A stretch of DNA of 64,000 nucleotides from Macrostomum hystrix. Its lineage: Eukaryota > Animalia > Platyhelminthes. A program made the translations under genes and the position numbers. Shown here one piece after another: positions 52,166 through 63,757 of the stretch. Location: NCBI GenBank assembly GCA_950097015.1, contig CATNEN010000039.1, forward strand, positions 9,858,001 through 9,922,000, in the 5' to 3' direction. Each line of letters begins with the position of its first letter. Position 1 is the first letter of the stretch. The notes beneath the pieces are model-generated. The model did no database searches and was not told where the DNA came from. It was given only the letters and a program-made list of their open reading frames with translations.

Positions 52166-53071
52166 GTCTATGGTCAAGTATCTATGGTCTTAACTTCTTG
52201 ACTAATTTCAAAGCTAATCTCCATGACTAATAGTTTCTATCAGATTATAGCGTTACAATAATTACAAGAGGGTGACAAAGCAAGTTAATCGAGTTTGCCT
52301 CTCGCACTAGGAGGTCAATGAGCTCAATTCCTTTGATGGCCAACCTCCCATCAGCACAACTGTACACACTGTGCACACTGTCAGATGATGAGAATCTTTG
52401 AGACTTTGCGGGTCTACGTACAGTATCTGCATGGTGTGTGTGCTGCTGTGCTCACTAGTCATAGGAAAGCACAGAGTTTTCAAATTGACCAAATTGTGTC
52501 AGTACCTAGACTACAGCCATTCTGCAATTATTATTATAATTTGTTTTAAAATACTTCTATGCAATTTCAGACTGCCTGGGCGTGGTCTGCACTGGAAGCA
52601 GTAAAAAACTGCAATGAAAAGTACATGGTTGTCGTCGGTGTCCCAATAGATTTGAGTACAGTTTATCGGGTCGGATTTAATTGAAAATCAATCTAGAAAT
52701 GATTTCCTACACGACTGAGTTGGTTTCATGATTTCAAATGATTTCCACTCGAACTTATTAACCTGGAAAGTCACCTAGAAAATTTTATCTTGACTCTGAC
52801 TATGTCAGTACTATATGTCTATAAATATATGCTCAGTTAAAGAGTGACTAAGCATGCCAAACTTAACTGGTGCCTACGAGAGAAATCTACTAATGCGAAA
52901 CTAAAAATTTAAATTCTTTTCTTTGATCTCTCTCTGACTTATCATGTCATTAATGGCATTAATAAAATTAATTAAAACTTTAAATAACTGACTTCCCTGT
53001 ACACCTGGGAACATTCGCAAATACAACTCAACTCGGATTCCTGCGAAATCTACTGCATCTAACTACCACAC

Positions 53072-53605
53072 TTCCTCTCACCCTACTGCTCTCCCTCTCA
53101 CCCTACTGCTCTCCCTCTCACCCTACTGCTCTCCCTCTCACCCTACTGCTCTCCCTCTCACCCTACTGATCTCCCTCTCACCCTACTGCTCTCCTTCTCA
53201 CCCTACTGCTCTCCCTCTCACCCTACTGCTCTCCCTCTCACCCTACTGCTCTCCCTCTCACCCTACTGCTCTCCCTCTCACCCTACCGATCTCCCTCTCA
53301 CCCTACTGCTCTCCCTCTCACCCTACTGCTCTCCCTCTCACCCTACTGATCTCCCTCTCACCCTACTGCTCTCCCTCTCACCCTACTGCTCTCCCTCTCA
53401 CCCTACTGCTCTCCCTCTCACTCTACTGATCTCCCTCTCACCCTACTGCTCTCCCTCTCACCCTACTGCTCTCCCTCTCACTCTACTGATCTCCCTCTCA
53501 CCCTACTGCTCTCCCTCTCACCCTACTGCTCTCCCTCTCACCCTACTGATCTCCCTCTCACCCTACTGCTCTCCCTCTCACCCTACTGCTCTCCCTCTCA
53601 CCCTA
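53072..53605. repeat. 20-bp pyrimidine-rich minisatellite
   Basis: (ccctactgctctccctctca)n. Confidence 0.95.
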
Positions 53606-53673
53606 TTTTTAATTCTTGTCCAGTAAATGCTTTTTAGCAGCTGTATAATTTTCAGCTTTTTTACAGCTACAAA

Positions 53674-54090
53674 GATCCCCCAGTTGACAATGATCTCTCA
53701 GTTGAAAATGATCCCCCAGTTGACAATGACCCCCCAGTTGACAATAATCCCCCAGTTGACAATCATCCCCCAGTTGACAATCATCCCCCAGTTGACAATC
53801 ATCCCCCAGTTGACAATGATCCCCCAGTTGACCATGATCCCCCAGTTGACCATGATCCCCCAGTTGACCAGGATCCTCCATTTGATGATGACTACCCATT
53901 GATGATGATCCCCAGTTGACAATGATCCCCAGTTGACAATGATCCCCTATTCGATGATGATCCCCCAGTTGATGATCATCCCCCACTTGACAATGATCCC
54001 CAGTTGACCATGATCCCCCAGTTGACCATGATCCCCAAGTTGACCATGATCCCCAGTTGACAAAAATCCCCCAGTTGACAATAATCCCCG
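53674..54090. repeat. About 18-bp minisatellite
   Basis: (atcccccagttgacaatg)n. Confidence 0.9.
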
Positions 54091-54383
54091 TGATTGCTAA
54101 ATATAGAAGTCCCTGGATTTCCCATAGACGTGGCAGATATTAAGATGTGGGGGCTTCGCCCCCACACCCCCATTTCCGTCCCCCACCCACTTTAATTTCT
54201 AACCCCTAGCTGACAATTTGGACAATGATGTTGGCGCTACGCACGCTCGTGTCTATGGCCATTAACTGAAACCTCAATTCCAGACAACCACCCATTGTTA
54301 GTTATTAAGAAGTGTTTTATTCGAACGAAATTGTGTGTTTCAATTGTATTTAGTTGCTTTCCTCGCTCGCTTGTCAGTCTAGT

Positions 54384-54424
54384 CCACAGATTCTATATTA
54401 TCTGTGGTAATATAGAATCTGTGG
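54384..54424. mobile_element. 41-bp micro-MITE (17-bp perfect TIRs, 6-bp TSD)
   Basis: TCTAGT-CCACAGATTCTATATTA-tctgtgg-TAATATAGAATCTGTGG-TCTAGT. Confidence 0.7.
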
Positions 54425-55250
54425 TCTAGTCTAAGTAAACTTGCTCAGGCATTGAACCATAAAAAGTTTTTGAGTCAGCTCTGTTTATAAGACAAATTCA
54501 CGTTTTCAACTTGCTTGTAAATTTCCGCACGTTTTTGTTAATAAAAAATTTTTTTTTCTCTGGTACGAGCTACGAACCATGAAGCTCGATCTTTATAGAC
54601 GATGTCCACTAAACACCCGTTTTGCGCACAAGTTTAGGCTTAATGTTAGAAAGACTATATGGGGGTATTCAAACGAGTGGCTCGGCCACTGATGGCAGCG
54701 ATCATTATTCAAGGCTAAGACGTACTACACACGCGCATTATTCTATGGCCTAAACGACACCCGGAGCCACATCTCCCTACCAAAAACTAAAACTTCGTCA
54801 ATGGCCAATCTTTGAAGATAACTATGAGCGGGACGCAATAATCGTGACGAATTGATTTGGCCATAGACTAATGGCTGTATATACGAGTTTAGATTAGATA
54901 CAAAATTACTCGCAGATTTTGGATGATAGCAATTTATATAATATAATTTCGCAGGTACTAGTCACAATATTACGCTTGTTTATAGGATAAAAGGTCAAGA
55001 ACCCAGGACCCACGCTGACTCTACTTGTTTTAGAAATTACAAAGAGTTCAGAGTTAAGAGCATGTTAACTAAGCTTTAGGTAACAGTTGAAAAAACTGGT
55101 AGAACTAAGAACCTATTAATAGTGCTGTTAGTGATTAATTGTGTATATAGGATAAAAGAACCTCAACGCGGAGTTAAGTTCTACTAGAATTGTTAATCCT
55201 CTGTAACATACAGAGGAAATAAAATTAGCTGAAATTGGCTGAAAATCTGT

Positions 55251-56369
55251 TCAGCGGTATCCGCCGCAGTCTCCGCCGCCGACTTTGCAGGAGGCCTTGG
55301 AGGCATCCGGATTTCTGCAGAAATAGTCGGCCGAATTGCAGCCGACAACCGAGCCGCCGCAGGTCCAGAAGCCCTTGTACTTGCACCGGCAGGCCTTGAA
55401 CGGAGGCGCCGGAGACGAGACGGTGCAGCCGCCCTTGTGGTAGTCGCAGTCGCAGTTGTTCGGGGAGCTCACGTCCACACGAGCCACCGGAATGGCGTCC
55501 TCAGGCCGAGCAAGCCGCAGTCCCCGCTTGCTCGCCAATTTCTTCAGCAGCCCCGGCCTGTTGGTGATGATTCCGTGCACGCCCAGGTCAATGTAGCCGT
55601 CCATTGAAGACTCGCTGTCCAATGTCCAGATGTAGGTCATGCCCATCTCTCCGCGGTGAACTCCACTGACAGCCTGTCGGATGCCGTCTTTGTAGTTTCC
55701 AGGGACGCACGAGCTGATGCCGGTTCCGAACACGCGTTGCCGGGTGAACCTGGACAGCATGGCAACCACAGCGTGGTAATTGTTTCCCTCCTGGTCGAAT
55801 GAGAAGAAGTAGCGGTCTCGGTATCTTGAGCCGCTAGCAGCTCTGGCCGCTGCGAACACGTACTCAAAGCAGTTTATCTTGCCGGCTGAGATCACGACTT
55901 TGCCGCCGTATCCGCGCCCGAACAGCTCCCGGTCCGCCAGGTGTACCAGGTTGGTGCCAGCCGTGGCCAATCGGCCGCCCCACTTCGGATCGACTTTGCC
56001 ATCCAGGATGATCAGCGCGAGACCGGAGAGCCGCGCCATGTGCCGCATGTGATCCGCGGCGTTGTCGCTCGCTCCGCTTCCTGAGCAGCCCTTGAGTGAG
56101 TAGCTGCAGATGTGGTAGGATTTGGGGTGCGGGCAGCTGCAGTCACAGAAGCCGCGGTGCTCAAACAGCACCGGGTTTCCGCTGCCATCAAACTGGATGT
56201 CCGTCTCGACCGCGTTGGCGCCCTGCTCAATGGACCAGTCGAGAGAGTGCGGGCTGTTGGTCATGTGCGAGATGACGTAGAAGGGGTCGCTGGTCTTGCC
56301 GTACGCAGCTGGCGCTGCCAGCAGCAGGAGCAACGCCGCCGAGCAGGCGAAAAGACTCAGTACAGTCAT
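55251..56369 (-). CDS. Secreted GDPD-like sphingomyelinase D / phospholipase D (sicariid toxin-like) with Cys-rich C-terminal domain, intronless
   Basis: Signal peptide; ISHMTN (His), GANAVETD (Glu/Asp metal ligands), FEHRGFCDC (His), LDGK, YIWTLD, GIITNRP; 10-Cys tail CDCDYHKGGC...GDCGGY. Confidence 0.9.
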   Translation of the reverse strand: MTVLSLFACSAALLLLLAAPAAYGKTSDPFYVISHMTNSPHSLDWSIEQGANAVETDIQFDGSGNPVLFEHRGFCDCSCPHPKSYHICSYSLKGCSGSGASDNAADHMRHMARLSGLALIILDGKVDPKWGGRLATAGTNLVHLADRELFGRGYGGKVVISAGKINCFEYVFAAARAASGSRYRDRYFFSFDQEGNNYHAVVAMLSRFTRQRVFGTGISSCVPGNYKDGIRQAVSGVHRGEMGMTYIWTLDSESSMDGYIDLGVHGIITNRPGLLKKLASKRGLRLARPEDAIPVARVDVSSPNNCDCDYHKGGCTVSSPAPPFKACRCKYKGFWTCGGSVVGCNSADYFCRNPDASKASCKVGGGDCGGYR

Positions 56370-56445
56370 TGGTGCCTGGGCGAATAGGAGTTTCCTTATG
56401 CGGTATCAGTCGGTAGCTTGTCTTTTGTATCTGCTCCGGTCTGAG

Positions 56446-56453
56446 TTTTTATA
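56446..56453 (-). promoter_or_regulatory. Probable TATA box of the SMase D gene
   Basis: TATAAAAA about 77 nt upstream of the ATG. Confidence 0.5.
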
Positions 56454-56891
56454 GACTAGCAGTATGGCGCCCTCTTTGTCAGTGAGACAATGGTTTGCCC
56501 ATCTGTCCCGTGGCCAGATACAATTAGTCTGAGGTAAACAAGGTATGCGAGAGAGCTGGCTCTTAAATGTTACGCTGGTAGAACGCAAAATCAAGGCATC
56601 ATTTAGCGTCAGTAGACGCGCGTACCTCACTTACCAATCCCGTCTTGATGATCATCAAGCAGTCCATAACACAATGAGACCCATGAGACTGGCATATGCC
56701 CTCGAAAACAGCACTAAGGCCTTGTAGCCCCAAGTCTTCTCTCCGAAGTAAATTAAACTAGCGCTGCCACGAGGAAGGAATTAAAATTTAATACCGCTTC
56801 TTCATTGGACACTTCCTACTGATGATCGAGACACCTTCTCATTAGCCTGACCTCAGATTCGACAACCCTCCGATGAGACACCATCTAATAA

Positions 56892-58098
56892 GAGACACCT
56901 CTGATAGGACACTTGTGTTGAGACACATTCTAATTAGCCACACCTCTGATAGGACACTTGTATTGAGACACATTCTATAATAATTAGCCACACCTCTGAT
57001 AGGACACTTGTGTTGAGACACATTCTAATTAGCCACACCTCTAATAGGACACTTGTGTTGAGACACATTCTAATTAGCCACACCTCTGATAGGAAACTTG
57101 TGTTGAGACACATTCTAATTAGCCACACCTCTGATAGGAAACTTGTGTTGAGACACATTCTAATTAGCCACACCTCTGATGGGACACTTGTGTTGAGACA
57201 CATTCTAATTAGCCACACCTCTGATAGGACACTTGTATTGAGACACATTCTAATTAGCCACATCTCTGATAGGACACTTGTATTGAGACACATTCTAATT
57301 AGCCACATCTCTGATAGGACACTTGTGTTGAGACACATTCTAATTAGCCACATCTCTGATAGAACACTTGTGTTGAGACACATTCTAATTAGCCACATCT
57401 CTGATAGAACACTTGTATTGAGACACATTCTAATTAGCCACACCTCTGATAGGAAACTTGTGTTGAGACACATTCTAATTAGCCACACCTCTGATGGGAC
57501 ACTTGTGTTGAGACACATTCTAATTAGCCACACCTCTGATAGGACACTTGTATTGAGACACATTCTAATTAGCCACATCTCTGATAGGACACTTGTGTTG
57601 AGACACATTCTAATTAGCCACACCTCTGATAGGACACTTGTGTTGAGACACATTCTAATTAGCCACACCTCTGATAGGACACTTGTGTTGAGACACATTC
57701 TAATTAGCCACACCTCTGATAGGACACTTGTGTTGAGACACATTCTAATTAGCCACATCTCTGATAGAACACTTGTGTTGAGACACATTCTAATTAGCCA
57801 CACCTCTGATAGGACACTTGTATTGAGACACATTCTAATTAGCCACATCTCTGATGGGACACTTGTGTTGAGACACATTCTAATTAGCCACACCTCTGAT
57901 AGGACACTTGTGTTGAGACACATTCTAATTAGCCACATCTCTGATGGGACACTTGTGTTGAGACACATTCTAATTAGCCACACCTCTGATAGGACACTTG
58001 TGTTGAGACACATTCTAATTAGCCACACCTCTGATAGGACACTTGTGTTGAGACACATTCTAATTAGCCACACCTCTGATAGGACACTTTGATAGGAC
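56892..58098. repeat. 45-bp minisatellite (about 26 units)
   Basis: Unit cacctctgataggacacttgtgttgagacacattctaattagcca. Confidence 0.95.
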
Positions 58099-58257
58099 AA
58101 AGTGCAGCTCGCTTGTAGCTGAGTTACTGGCAACGAACTGATGATTAAATGAGTCAAAAATCTTAGTTCTGTGGAACAGTATATATATTAGAAGAGAATA
58201 CGGCTCAGCTTACGCTCGTAAGTGATTGTATTTATCGATTTAATCAATCATTTATGG

Positions 58258-58510
58258 GGAGGTGGGTGTTTTATGAGGTGGTGGGTGTTTAGTGAGGTGT
58301 TGGGTGTTATATGAGGTGGTGGGTGTTTAGTGAGGTGTTGGGTGTTTTATGAGGTGGTGGGTGTTTAGTGGGGTGTTGGGTGTGTTATGAGGTGGTGGGT
58401 GTTTAGTGAGGTGTTGGGTGTTATATGAGGTGGTGGGTGTTTTATGAGGTGGTGGGTGTTTAATGAGGTGGTGGGTGTTTATGAGGTGGTGGATGATTTG
58501 TGAGGTGGTG
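58258..58510. repeat. GT-rich minisatellite of about 20 bp
   Basis: (tgaggtggtgggtgttta)n variants. Confidence 0.85.
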
Positions 58511-58597
58511 TGTCACCAAAATTGTCAGATCTAGCAAGTGAGCGTATATTGATCAGGCCCTACAAATGCCAAAGTCAATCAGAAATTCTGATCAAAT

Positions 58598-61500
58598 TTA
58601 AATGCGATAGACAGCGCCGGAGATGCAAACGCTGCGCCCTCCATCCTCAGAGGCAGCCTGTCGCGATACGACTGCCTTACTGTCGCCCTCGCCTGTGTCG
58701 CCGCAGATTCGCCAACCGACGCACATTGCCTCAGTGGTGTGGCCGTAGAGGAATTCCAATTCTTGAGTAGCTTCACCTGCTGTGCAACACATTCGAATTA
58801 GAAAACTATGTTCAGATGACAGGGCAACTGACTAAGCAACAAAATGCCTAGCTAATTACCTTCCTGTCTGCGCCTAATTAGTAACAGGCCGGCGTCGCGA
58901 AGCTCAACGCCTTCCATAAAGGCGTGGCTGAGGAAATCCCGACGCAGGCAGTCGCTAGCAGTGGTCGCCAGGTCGTCAGGATGATCATCGGTGTCGCTGC
59001 TGCCATAAGCGACGTTGAATAAATTGACAGAAATAATTTTTATATCTCTATGGACATCTGAAGGGAAAAAGAAGAAGCTGTCCCTGAAGGATATGAGGAA
59101 GCTGTCCCTGAAGGATATGAGGAAGCTGTCCCTGAAGGATATGGGGAAGCTGTCCCTGAAGGATATGGGGAAGCTGTCCCTGAAGGATATGAGGAAGCTG
59201 TCCCTGAAGGATATGGGGAAGCTGTCCCTGAAGGATATGGGGAAGCTGTCCCTGAAGGATATGGGGAAGCTGTCCCTGAAGGATATGGGGAAGCTGTCCC
59301 TGAAGGATATGGGGAAGCTGTCCCTGAACGATATGGGGAAGCTGTCCCTGAATGATAGGGGGAAGCTGTCCCTGAAGGATATGAGGAAGCTGTCCCTGAA
59401 GGATAAGGGAAGCTGTACCTGAAGGATAGGGGAAGCTGTCCCTGAAAGATATCGGGAAGCTGTCGCTGAAGGATATCGGGAAGCTGTCGCTGAAGGATAT
59501 GGGGAAGCTGTCCATGAAGGATTGGGGGAAGCAGTCCCTGAAGGATTTGAGAAAGTTGTCACTGAAGGAGTGAGGAGATGAAGGTCTCACTAAAGAATCC
59601 TCACTTTTCAGGACTGTCCTGTTCCACACGACTGCCTTCATGAGTAATTTGGCTCCTCCCAGACGCCCGCATTTCACACCTGCCGCAACTGGGCCTGCGG
59701 CCAAGGGCGGCGCGCGCGCAAGTCTGCGCCAGCTGGCATCGCACCAGATATTCTCCAGCGCCGCTGGTGACACAGCCAACGCCAGTAGAATGGGCCTCTC
59801 TATAGCTGCCCTCATTGCTGATTGATTCCGCCCAACAGCCGCAACCGAATAAGGCGGCTTGACCGACCCGGCCTGGATGTTTGAGTGCGACTCCGCCGCT
59901 GGAGCAGGCCACGGCGATTCGGCCGGCCGCGTCAAGGCAGACGGCGCCCACCTGGTAAAAGGGGAAAATGGATAACAATTGGATTATTAGCGTGTTCTGT
60001 GAGGTGATGGGGTGCTCTGTGGGGCGGTGGTGCGATTTGTGAGGTTGCGGGTGTTTTGTGTGGTTGTGGGTGTTTTGTGGGGTGTGTGGGGTGTTTTGTG
60101 GGGTTGTGGGTGTTTTGTGGGGTTGTGGGTGTTTTGTGTGGTTGTGGGTGTTTTGTGGGGTGTGTGGGGTGTTTTGTGAGGTTGTGGGTGTTTTGTGGGG
60201 TGTGTGGGGTGTTTTGTGAGGTTGCGGGTGTTTTGTGTGGTTGTGGGTGTTTTGTGGGGTGGTGGTGCGCTTTGTGGGGTTGCAGGTGTTTTGTGGGGTG
60301 TGTGGGGTGTTTCGTGGGGTTGTGGGTGTTTCGTGGGGTTGTGGGTGTTTTGTGGGGTTGCGGGTGTTTTGTGTGGTTGTGGGTGTTTTGTGGGGTGTGT
60401 GGGGTGTTTTGTGAGGTTGCGGGTGTTTTGTGTGGTTGTGGGTGTTTTGTGGGGTGGTGGTGCGCTTTGTGGGGTTGCAGGTGTTTTGTGGGGTGTGTGG
60501 GGTGTTTCGTGGGGTTGTGGGTGTTTTGTGGGGTGTGTGGGGTGTTTTGTGGGGTTGCGGGTGTTTTGTGGGGTTGTGGGTGTTTTGTAATACAAGGCCC
60601 GTCAGCACCGTATCTGAGCACTGCAATCGCGGTGATGGTGTCAGGCGCCCGCTGGCACTGCCGCAGTCGCCATTGACCCAGAACCGGTGCCCGTTGGAGC
60701 CGAGCTGACGCTCCATAGCTGCTGGCGCAGCCGTTGATGACGAAGTCGAAGTCGGCGAAGGAGGAGAAGCTGCCCGACGTTTTCGCTGGAGCTGCGACGG
60801 TTGCTGAGAGACGGTTTAAAGATAGGATTAGTATCAGACTCAAAATGGGATTAGTATCAGACTCCAGATAGGATTGGTGCCTAACTTAAGATAGGATTAG
60901 CGTCAGAATTAAGTTCGGATTAGTGTCAAAAACTCAAGATGAGATTAGCATCAGACTCAAGATGGGATTAGTGTCAGGCTTGGATTAGAAGAGAGTCTGA
61001 AAAAGCATAGGAGACGATAATCCCGGTACCTTCAGCTGCTGCTTAGCGGTCTCCAGTCGCCGCGAGTATCTCAGGTAGGCATTCCGAGAGCTCGGCGTCA
61101 CCAAGGCCTCAGGCGAGTCGACAAATCCAACATCGACGCCGCAGTTCTCCCTCGCCCAGGCCAAAGCGCCCTCACCGACCAGCAGCGAAGGTGGAATAAG
61201 GCCGCCAGGCAGCAGCGGACAGCGCAGCTGAGCCTCCAGGAGACTGCGCGCCACCAGCACCGGGTGCCGCAGCCCGGAGATGGCGCCAACACCGGCAAAC
61301 ATGCCGCGGCTGTCCAGCATGACGCCGGCGTCGCATTGGACGCTGCCGTCGCGGGCGAGGCAGGAGCCGCGGCCGGCGTTGGTCAACTCGGAGTCCTGGC
61401 AGGAGAGGAGAAAACAACTGTGAAGCCTCCCCTAATGAGTCTGACACCTTCCCTGAGGAGTCTGACACTCCCCTGACGAGTCTGACACTCTCCTGATGAG

Positions 61501-62401
61501 TCTGACACTCCATAATGAGTCTGAAATTCCCTGAGGAGTCTGACACCTCCCCTAATGAGTCTGACATTCCCCTGATGAGTCTGACACCTCCCCTGATAAG
61601 TCTGACACCCCCCTGACGAGTCTGACACCCCCTGACGAGTCTGACACTCTCCAGATGAGTCTGACACCCCATAATGAGTCTGACATTCCATGAGGAGTCT
61701 GACACCTCCCCTGATGAGTCTGACACCTCCCCTGATGAATCTGACACCTTCCTTAATGAGTCTGACACCTTCCTTAATGAGTCTGACACCTTCCTTAATG
61801 AGTCTGACACCTTCCTTAATGAGTCTGACACCTTCCTTAATGAGTCTGACACCTTCCTTAATGAGTCTGACACCTTCCTTAATGAGTCTGACACCTTCTT
61901 TAATGAGTCTGACACCTTCCTTAATGAGTCTGACACCTCCCCTGATGAATCTGACACCTTCCTTAATGAGTCTGACACCTTCCTTAATGAGTCTGACACT
62001 CCTTCACGACAGCCTCTGATACTCCCAACTGATTAGTCAGACGCTCCCCCAAATGATGAGTCAAAAACTCCCTAATGACAAAAAACTGACAGTTGCCCAA
62101 CCCTGACCTGACCTCCAGCATAGCAACAGCCAAGCAGGCGGCCTCGGTGGCGCCAGCGCCTTCGGCAAGTCGGTCGCCGACCACCCGGCAGATGCGTTCG
62201 CACAGGTCGGTGTAGGCGCGCTCATTACGGCGGCTGTAGCGGCCGGCACCTGAATTAAATTTTCCAAACTTTCAGCATTACACAACCGCGTGTTTATTTA
62301 ACCATAAAATATGGTTAACCATAACCATAACCAACTTGAAGTTTAAGCCAGACATAATGAATCTTACCTGTGTGAACAGCAATGAACACCTTATTGCCAG
62401 G
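58598..62401 (-). CDS. TASP1: Threonine aspartase 1 (taspase-1), 7 exons, no in-frame genomic ATG
   Basis: Exons 62401-62368, 62249-62113, 61395-61030, 60803-60609, 59951-59680, 58999-58860, 58776-58598. Motifs FIAVHTGAG, LEDSELTNAGRGS, QCDAG, DT|VGAV, SSGGVALKHPGRVGQAA, TSGAGEYL, HTTEAMCVGW. Confidence 0.92.
59074..59570. repeat. 24-bp intronic minisatellite
   Basis: (gaagctgtccctgaaggatatggg)n. Confidence 0.93.
60038..60587. repeat. GT-rich (sense CA-rich) compound minisatellite in a TASP1 intron
   Basis: gtgttttgtggggttgtgg variants with a higher-order duplication. Confidence 0.9.
61428..62002. repeat. 21-bp intronic minisatellite
   Basis: (atgagtctgacaccttcctta)n. Confidence 0.93.
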
Positions 62402-62678
62402 CTGGAATAGGTCGAGTGTGCATTTTTTTAAATTATCCGTGTCTGCTATTGTGAAAATGAGTGAGTGTGGCCAATACTAAATCTTAAGGGTCTAATCCCA
62501 ACTCAATGATGATAATTTGTGTCTTTCAGCAAGAAACTAAATTCCAATTGCTTCAGTTGAACCCGATGTATTATAAAATACCTAGTAGAATTTGTTGAAT
62601 TAGAGTGGACTGAACAGCTGACTATAGTGGCCTAGCTTGCATTTCTAGCAATCTAACTTATAAGAAAATGTAGGCAAA

Positions 62679-63045
62679 GGGGCTCGGTGGCAGAGCGGTT
62701 AACGCGTTTGCCTCTCGCGCCAAGGTCCCTGAACTCGATTCCGCGGCGAGGCCACATTCGTTTGGGGCGCAGCCGCGGAGAGAAGGCTTGGGGGCTTGAC
62801 GTGCAATTTACATCCTTGAGGGCCAACCTCCAAGGCACAGTGAAAGTGTACACTGCCTGACGATGAGAAAGTCAGGGCAGATGTACACACCTGTGTGAGC
62901 GTGTGCCTGCGTACAGAATCTGTGTGCGTGTGTGCTCAGGAGTCAGATGGAATGGGCAGAATTGCCTCCTCGCTGGCAGCGGGTCTAGTGTCACCACATG
63001 ATGTGCCATACCCGCAGCCCTCCTGCAACAATAATAATAACTATT
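62679..63045 (+). mobile_element. tRNA-derived SINE (family A), full length
   Basis: A-box TGGCAGAGCGG, B-box AACTCGATTCC, (AAT)n tail, TSD ATGTAGGC(A/G)AA. Confidence 0.9.
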
Positions 63046-63206
63046 CATGTAGGCGAAATGATAAGTCGCGTTAAAACACGCCGCATAGAAATTGAAAATA
63101 TCTACAAGATAACGACAAATTTTCATTTTATTTTTTTGCGAGTAGTTTTATCCCAAGTTTGATCGCGAGTTCGAATCCGGCTGAGCAAAGAGCTGAGCAA
63201 TGCTGC

Positions 63207-63756
63207 TCATTCTTTGGGGTCCGAGTCGGCGCCACTGCCTCGCTGCATCACCTTGCCCAGGTCCTGCAGGCTGACAGAGGCGGAGCCCCGCCTAGCCGGC
63301 TTCTGCTGCGAGTGGTGCGGCTTCCAGCCAATGAAATTCACAAATTGAAACGTAGCCGGCACGCTGCGACCATTCTGGCCGTCGCCCGCGCCCTCGCCGC
63401 CGTACATATGATCGTAGATAGCGGCAGCGGCCGCCAGGCAGTCGCGATTCAGCCTGAGTGGCCGATTCCAAGCGGCGTTGGTCTCACCCATAGCCCTGAG
63501 ATCAGTGAGCAGTTCGTACATTGTTGGATAGCGGACAACAATTTCGTCTACGTCTATTGAAACCAGGGCGTAGCCGCAGTTCTGCATTAGGGCGCCCAGG
63601 TCAGCGTTGCTGGTGAACGGCGAGATGTGCGGCGCGAATCCGCCGAGCCGCTCCAGCTCAGCCAGCTGCAGGGAGCAGCGCAGCTCGTAGAGTGAGTCGC
63701 CGCCGAGGGTGCTTCCGAGCAGGCAGCCGTCTGGCTTCAGGGCCCGAAGGACCTCG
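63207..63756 (-). CDS. NDUFAF5: NDUFAF5 (complex I assembly arginine hydroxylase), last exon
   Basis: [89 protein letters not shown]. Acceptor AG at 63757-63758. Confidence 0.93.
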
Positions 63757-63757
63757 C

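Noticed and set aside
56892-58098. Regular 30-45 bp arrays resembling CRISPR repeats
   Set aside because: Head-to-tail units without unique spacers, no cas genes, eukaryotic context.
61428-62002. Hammerhead ribozyme cores (CTGATGAG in the repeat; CTGACGA..GAAA in the SINE)
   Set aside because: No stem II followed by GAAA and no stem III/UH arrangement. The SINE motif folds as a simple hairpin.
62391-62423. ATG at 62423 as the TASP1 start
   Set aside because: Out of frame with FIAVHTGAG; gives MHTRPIPAWQ followed by a stop.
62679-62755. tRNA gene (also near 46221, 46736 and 8700)
   Set aside because: A and B boxes are present but the cloverleaf is degenerate and continues into a shared SINE body with tail and TSDs.
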